DNA of 64,000 nucleotides, from NCBI GenBank assembly GCA_037443035.1, contig JBBIPC010000005.1, forward strand, positions 136,040-200,039, written 5' to 3'. Positions 60,027 to 64,000 of this stretch are shown piece by piece. Numbering within the stretch: the stretch's first letter is position 1; each line of letters opens with the position of its first letter. The stretch comes from Chthonomonadales bacterium (GTDB lineage: Bacteria > Armatimonadota > Chthonomonadetes > Chthonomonadales > CAJBBX01). The position numbers and the translations under genes are program-made. Under the pieces are notes generated by a model. The model searched no databases. It was not told where the DNA came from and worked only from the letters and a program-made list of their open reading frames with translations.

Positions 60027-61571
60027 CTATCGTACGCTGATCACCCGACACCCTTCACCACGCTCCACGGCTACCTCGCGGCCGGCAGCTCGGAGAGTGA
60101 CCGGCCCGGCGCCGCTGGTGAAGTCGGTGCGGCGGACGAGCAGGCGATCCCCGAGAAGGAGGCAGGATATCACCGTGCCCGGTCGCTCGGGGACATCGAA
60201 GGAGATGGGCTTGCCACTATCGAGGAAGTCTCCGTATTCCTGCGCCGCGGCCCAGACTTCATGCACCAAGCGGACCTCGGTTGCATTCTCTTCTGCCGGG
60301 CACCAGAGGAAGAAGGTGTCCACACCGCGCAGGAGCATGTGCCAAAGGAGCTCTCGATAGGCCCATTCGCTCATCTGCTTCAGCTCCGGGTCGGGCGGCT
60401 TCGGCGGATCGGTGGTGTGCCAATGCACGAAAGCGATGACCGGTACGTTAGCTGGGGTGTGCTTGGCGGCGTTCGTAGCCTCCAGCAGCATGGGCCGGAA
60501 CCATCGGTAGTCGGCATTGTCGAAATCGTACCAGTTCCACATGCGCGACCATGTGTAGACGACGGGCATGGCGAAGGTGTAGCCCGTACCGGTGAACTCG
60601 TCGGGCCAGTGCCGGTAGAGGGCGTTCTGATCCCGTATGCCCGGGTACCACGGCTCCTCCCGTTCGAAGTAGTCGTACCAGTAGCGGAAGCCATCGTGCG
60701 GATAGACGCCGTAGTTCCCCACGAGCACCTTTGGAAACGTGCGGAGTAGCGGCTCGGCATAGACGTCCCTCTGAAGGTCGGCTCGGAGGTCGTAGAGGGT
60801 CTTCTGGAAGGCGAGGAAACTCTCGATATCCGGGATCCGCTCGCGGCACCGCCGGCACCGCTTGGAGGCAGACCAGGCATCGTTCCAGGCGATGGGGCCA
60901 TCCACCTCCCAATCGGCGAACACGAAGCCCGGACTGAGGCCGGCCTGACGGTACGCATCGGCGAACCTCTCGATGCGCTGCCGAATCTCGGCGCGGCGAT
61001 GGTCTATGGCGAAGGGACAGCCCATGTCCGGCTTGCCGAAAGACGTATCCCAGAACGGTCGTCCTGCATCATCCACGTGGGCCGTCGCTGGATCCCCGTT
61101 GAAGAATGCGTACAAGCATGGCGTCGCGTCCACATTGATCAACAGGCCGAGCTTCTTCTGGGCCCGGGCTACCGGCAACGCCTCGGCTAGAGAGTCCTCC
61201 AATCGGTTGTGGTCCCACCGACAGACGAGCCCAACGCCGCGCCGATCCAGCTCTCGAACCAGCTCCTCCGCCTCTCTGCCGGTGAGCTTCCCAGGATTCA
61301 TGGCGGGCCACAGGTACAGGGGCAGGCGCTTTCCGCGGGGGTGCTGGAGTGGGTGTGTATTTTCCAGGACGATGCGTATGTGCTCAGGCCATGTCATAGG
61401 TTTCTCTCCACGTCCGCTCGGGCCGTAGGCCATCCCCAGGGGCCATAGGCAGCAGGCGGCCAGCATGACCGTCCGCGCCCGGCAGCATGCTGCTATGCTG
61501 CGGCGGCTACCGGCCATGTCCGCACAGTCGGCGCGTTCGTTGTCGCTCTGACCATCTTTGTGGATGTCCAT
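60027..61571 (-). CDS. Hypothetical, probably exported, TIM-barrel/glycoside-hydrolase-like protein
   Basis: Long aromatic-rich ORF, FVFADWEVDGP, ELLWHMLLRGVDTFFLW; start uncertain (61571 or 61466). Confidence 0.6.
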   Translation of the reverse strand: MDIHKDGQSDNERADCADMAGSRRSIAACCRARTVMLAACCLWPLGMAYGPSGRGEKPMTWPEHIRIVLENTHPLQHPRGKRLPLYLWPAMNPGKLTGREAEELVRELDRRGVGLVCRWDHNRLEDSLAEALPVARAQKKLGLLINVDATPCLYAFFNGDPATAHVDDAGRPFWDTSFGKPDMGCPFAIDHRRAEIRQRIERFADAYRQAGLSPGFVFADWEVDGPIAWNDAWSASKRCRRCRERIPDIESFLAFQKTLYDLRADLQRDVYAEPLLRTFPKVLVGNYGVYPHDGFRYWYDYFEREEPWYPGIRDQNALYRHWPDEFTGTGYTFAMPVVYTWSRMWNWYDFDNADYRWFRPMLLEATNAAKHTPANVPVIAFVHWHTTDPPKPPDPELKQMSEWAYRELLWHMLLRGVDTFFLWCPAEENATEVRLVHEVWAAAQEYGDFLDSGKPISFDVPERPGTVISCLLLGDRLLVRRTDFTSGAGPVTLRAAGREVAVERGEGCRVISVR

Positions 61572-61611
61572 TGCAGCAAACGGCTGTGGCAGCCGCCATC
61601 GAGCCGCGGTC

Positions 61612-62631
61612 CTAGATGTTCTCATCGCGCGGCGGCCGGTGCATGAGGGCGCGAATCGTGTCGGCGACGGGCGCATTCTCGAAAAGGACCGAGTAGATGG
61701 CTCGGCTGATGGGCATCTCGATGCCGACACGGTCCGCTAGATGGCAAATGGCCCGCGTCGTGGGCACTCCCTCGGCAACTTGGCCAAGGTCCGCGAGTAT
61801 CTCATGCAGCCTTCTGCCCTGGCCAAGACCCAGCCCCACGCGGTAGTTGCGCGACAGACGGCTTCCTCCCGTGGCGATCAGGTCTCCCACGCCGGCCAGT
61901 CCAAGGAAGGTACGATGGTCGGCCCCGAGTGCCACGCCCAGCCGGGTTATCTCCGCCAAGCCACGAGTCATGAGCGCCGCTCGGCTGTTATCGCCATACC
62001 CCATGCCCTCGCAGACACCCGCACCGATGGCGATGACGTTCTTCATGGCACCTGCCAGCTCCACGCCGACGATGTCATGGCTGGTGTAGACGCGCAGCGT
62101 GGGGCCCATCCAGAGCTGTCGGCACGACTCCTGGGCTTCGACAGCGGGAGAAGCCACAACAGTTGCCGTCGGAAGGCCACGCGCCACTTCCATGGCCAGG
62201 TTGGGTCCAGAGAGCGCTACGACGGGAGCATGCGCCGCCGGACTGCCGTCGAGAGCCTGCAGGATGACCTCGCTCATGCGGCGGCCACTCTGCTCTTCGA
62301 GACCCTTGGCGGCATTGACCACAAGGACATCCGCCTCCAAGTGCGGTGCGGCCTGGGACGCCACCTCGGCCATCGCCCCGGATGGTACGGCGAACACCAC
62401 GACGCGTGCACCTTGCAGCGCCCAGACCAGGTCGGACGTCGGTTCGACCCAGTCCGGGAGGCGGATGCCAGGCAGATAGCGACGATTCTCCCTCTCCTCG
62501 GATAATGCATGCGCCAGAGCCTGCGACCGGGCCCAAAGCCGCACGCGCTTGCCTCGGCGGAGGATGGAAGCCAGCGCCGTGCCCCAGCTACCTGCTCCGA
62601 GTATGGCTATGTCAGGGCGCTCGTTCTCCAA
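61612..62631 (-). CDS. gpsA: NAD(P)H-dependent glycerol-3-phosphate dehydrogenase
   Basis: LGAGSWGTALA, LSGPNLA, GVELAGAMKNVIAI, GLAGVGDLIAT, SRNYRVG; TTG start. Confidence 0.96.
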   Translation of the reverse strand: MENERPDIAILGAGSWGTALASILRRGKRVRLWARSQALAHALSEERENRRYLPGIRLPDWVEPTSDLVWALQGARVVVFAVPSGAMAEVASQAAPHLEADVLVVNAAKGLEEQSGRRMSEVILQALDGSPAAHAPVVALSGPNLAMEVARGLPTATVVASPAVEAQESCRQLWMGPTLRVYTSHDIVGVELAGAMKNVIAIGAGVCEGMGYGDNSRAALMTRGLAEITRLGVALGADHRTFLGLAGVGDLIATGGSRLSRNYRVGLGLGQGRRLHEILADLGQVAEGVPTTRAICHLADRVGIEMPISRAIYSVLFENAPVADTIRALMHRPPRDENI

Positions 62632-62676
62632 GGAATCCTCATCAGCCTGAAAGGGGTGACACAGGCAAGCGTCTAT

Positions 62677-62760
62677 CCCTCAGCGTCAGGCCGTAATACC
62701 AAATGCGGAAAGGGTATGCGACCGTTCTCCGGCCGACCACCTTGACGCATGCCGTGAGGG
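62677..62760 (-). ncRNA. Putative structured RNA element upstream of gpsA
   Basis: Nested pairings CCCTCA/TGAGGG and GCGTCA/TGACGC plus two internal hairpins. Confidence 0.3.
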
Positions 62761-62788
62761 TAATCGCCCGCTATTTGCAGATCCCAAC

Positions 62789-63850
62789 TCAGTCTACGAG
62801 ATCGTCGTAGCCGTAGCTGCGGGTATGTGCGTCCTCGAGATAACGTGCCAGGAGCGTGGCCGCAGCGTCAATATCGGCCACAGCAGCCATCTCGTTGACG
62901 GAGTGCACATAGCGGCACGGGATGGACAAGGTGAAGCTGGGCACGCCGCCTCTCGAGCGTTGGATAGCGCCAGCGTCAGTGCCTCCACGGGGCAGTATCT
63001 CGAGCTGGTAGGGAATGCTGTGCTTTTCGGCTACGTCACGGAAGTGCCTCACGAGTTTGGGGTGACACAGCAACGAGGAGTCCATGATCTTGATCGCCGC
63101 TCCCCCTCCCAGCCTCGTGACGCGGTTCTGCTCGTCGGCGCCTGGATAGTCGTTGGCGATGGTCGAGTCGATGGCGATGCCGATGTCGGGCTCCAGCGCG
63201 AACGCCGAAGTGGTAGCACCTCGCAGACCCACCTCCTCCTGCGCCGTGGCCACAGCCAGAATGTCGCAGCGATGCTCGCCGATCTGGCGCAGCGCAGCGA
63301 TCATGACGTAGACGGCCACGCGGGCATCGAGGGTCTTGCTCAGCACATTGTCGCCGACCCGTTCGGCGGTTCGGGCCATGGTGACAGGGTCGCCGATCTC
63401 CACCTTCGCTTTCACGGCATCAGCGGACATCCCCAGATCCACGAAGAGATCCTCTGTCTTGGGAGCCTTCCCAGCCTCTTCGGGCGAGAGCATATGGATG
63501 GGCTTGGCGGCAGGCATGAGCGCTCCCAAGAGCGTGTCGCCAGAGCTCGCATGCACGTAGACGCGCTGCGAGACCATGTTCCGAGGATCCCAACCGCCTA
63601 CAGGCTGCAGACGGAGAAAGCCCTTGTCGTCAATGTGCTTCACCAGGAAGCCGATCTCATCGGTGTGCGCGGCCAGCATGACCCGGGGACCGTCCTTGCC
63701 CTTCTTCAGAGCAATGACGTTGCCCATGATGTCCACACGGATCTCGTCGGTAAGGGGCCGGAGTTCCGAGATGACCAGTCGGCGCATGGCGTCCTCGCGG
63801 CTGGGGACGCCGGGTGTTTCACAGAGCCGCTTGAGCAGCTCGAAGTCCAT
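62789..63850 (-). CDS. M42 family aminopeptidase
   Basis: LAAHTDEIG, KTLDAR, QEEVGLRGA, IAIDST, GGTDAG, RYVHS; start ATG 63850 with GAAGGAG. Confidence 0.93.
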   Translation of the reverse strand: MDFELLKRLCETPGVPSREDAMRRLVISELRPLTDEIRVDIMGNVIALKKGKDGPRVMLAAHTDEIGFLVKHIDDKGFLRLQPVGGWDPRNMVSQRVYVHASSGDTLLGALMPAAKPIHMLSPEEAGKAPKTEDLFVDLGMSADAVKAKVEIGDPVTMARTAERVGDNVLSKTLDARVAVYVMIAALRQIGEHRCDILAVATAQEEVGLRGATTSAFALEPDIGIAIDSTIANDYPGADEQNRVTRLGGGAAIKIMDSSLLCHPKLVRHFRDVAEKHSIPYQLEILPRGGTDAGAIQRSRGGVPSFTLSIPCRYVHSVNEMAAVADIDAAATLLARYLEDAHTRSYGYDDLVD

Positions 63851-64000
63851 GGTGTACTCTCCTTCGCCGTTGGCGCCTGACCACAGGAGCACCGTCCTGA
63901 CCGGTGTTCCGTGCGCTGGAAGGACCTGTACGCTCGGCAACGAGCCACGCGCACAGTTCCGCAGGCGCGCTTGCGATGGAGTGTACCTTGCGCCGGATGC

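Overview
GC-rich bacterial chromosomal window, most likely Armatimonadota. This is inferred from the lineage-typical prepilin/DUF1559 protein, the ClpC N-terminus MWQRFTERARRVVFFAQEEA and the N-anchored sugar-binding protein. Left: phoR-phoB divergent from pstSCAB-phoU with an 11-bp-phased Pho-box candidate, then yggS, ilvE, and an atypical mcsA-mcsB-clpC locus. That locus has a probable ACG start for mcsA, an McsB lacking the active-site Cys, and no ctsR. Next come a YjbH-type barrel coupled to a lipoprotein ending in a mirror-symmetric six-Cys hydrophobic hairpin, URO-D, DinB, EamA, two GH36 enzymes, a prepilin-like protein and yhaO/yhaN. Middle (about 30.9-35.9 kb): an accessory locus with two unknown secreted proteins, three broken RHS-core fragments, an orphan RHS C-terminal domain plus an ankyrin protein, several families of palindromic elements at or inside the RHS fragments, and a promoter followed by a self-pairing RNA-like segment. 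Right: a sugar ABC/Ogl-like/lactonase operon, an orphan CcrM-like methyltransferase, AraC-divergent cysD-cysNC-sulfotransferase, an S9 peptidase, two Tat Gfo/Idh/MocA proteins with a signal-less ApbE, a PPIase, AKR, ThuA, BSP peptidase, AAA_14/DUF4143 ATPase, gpsA and an M42 peptidase. No rRNA, tRNA, CRISPR array, integrase or transposase was recognised. All family calls come from motif recognition by eye, not from database searches.
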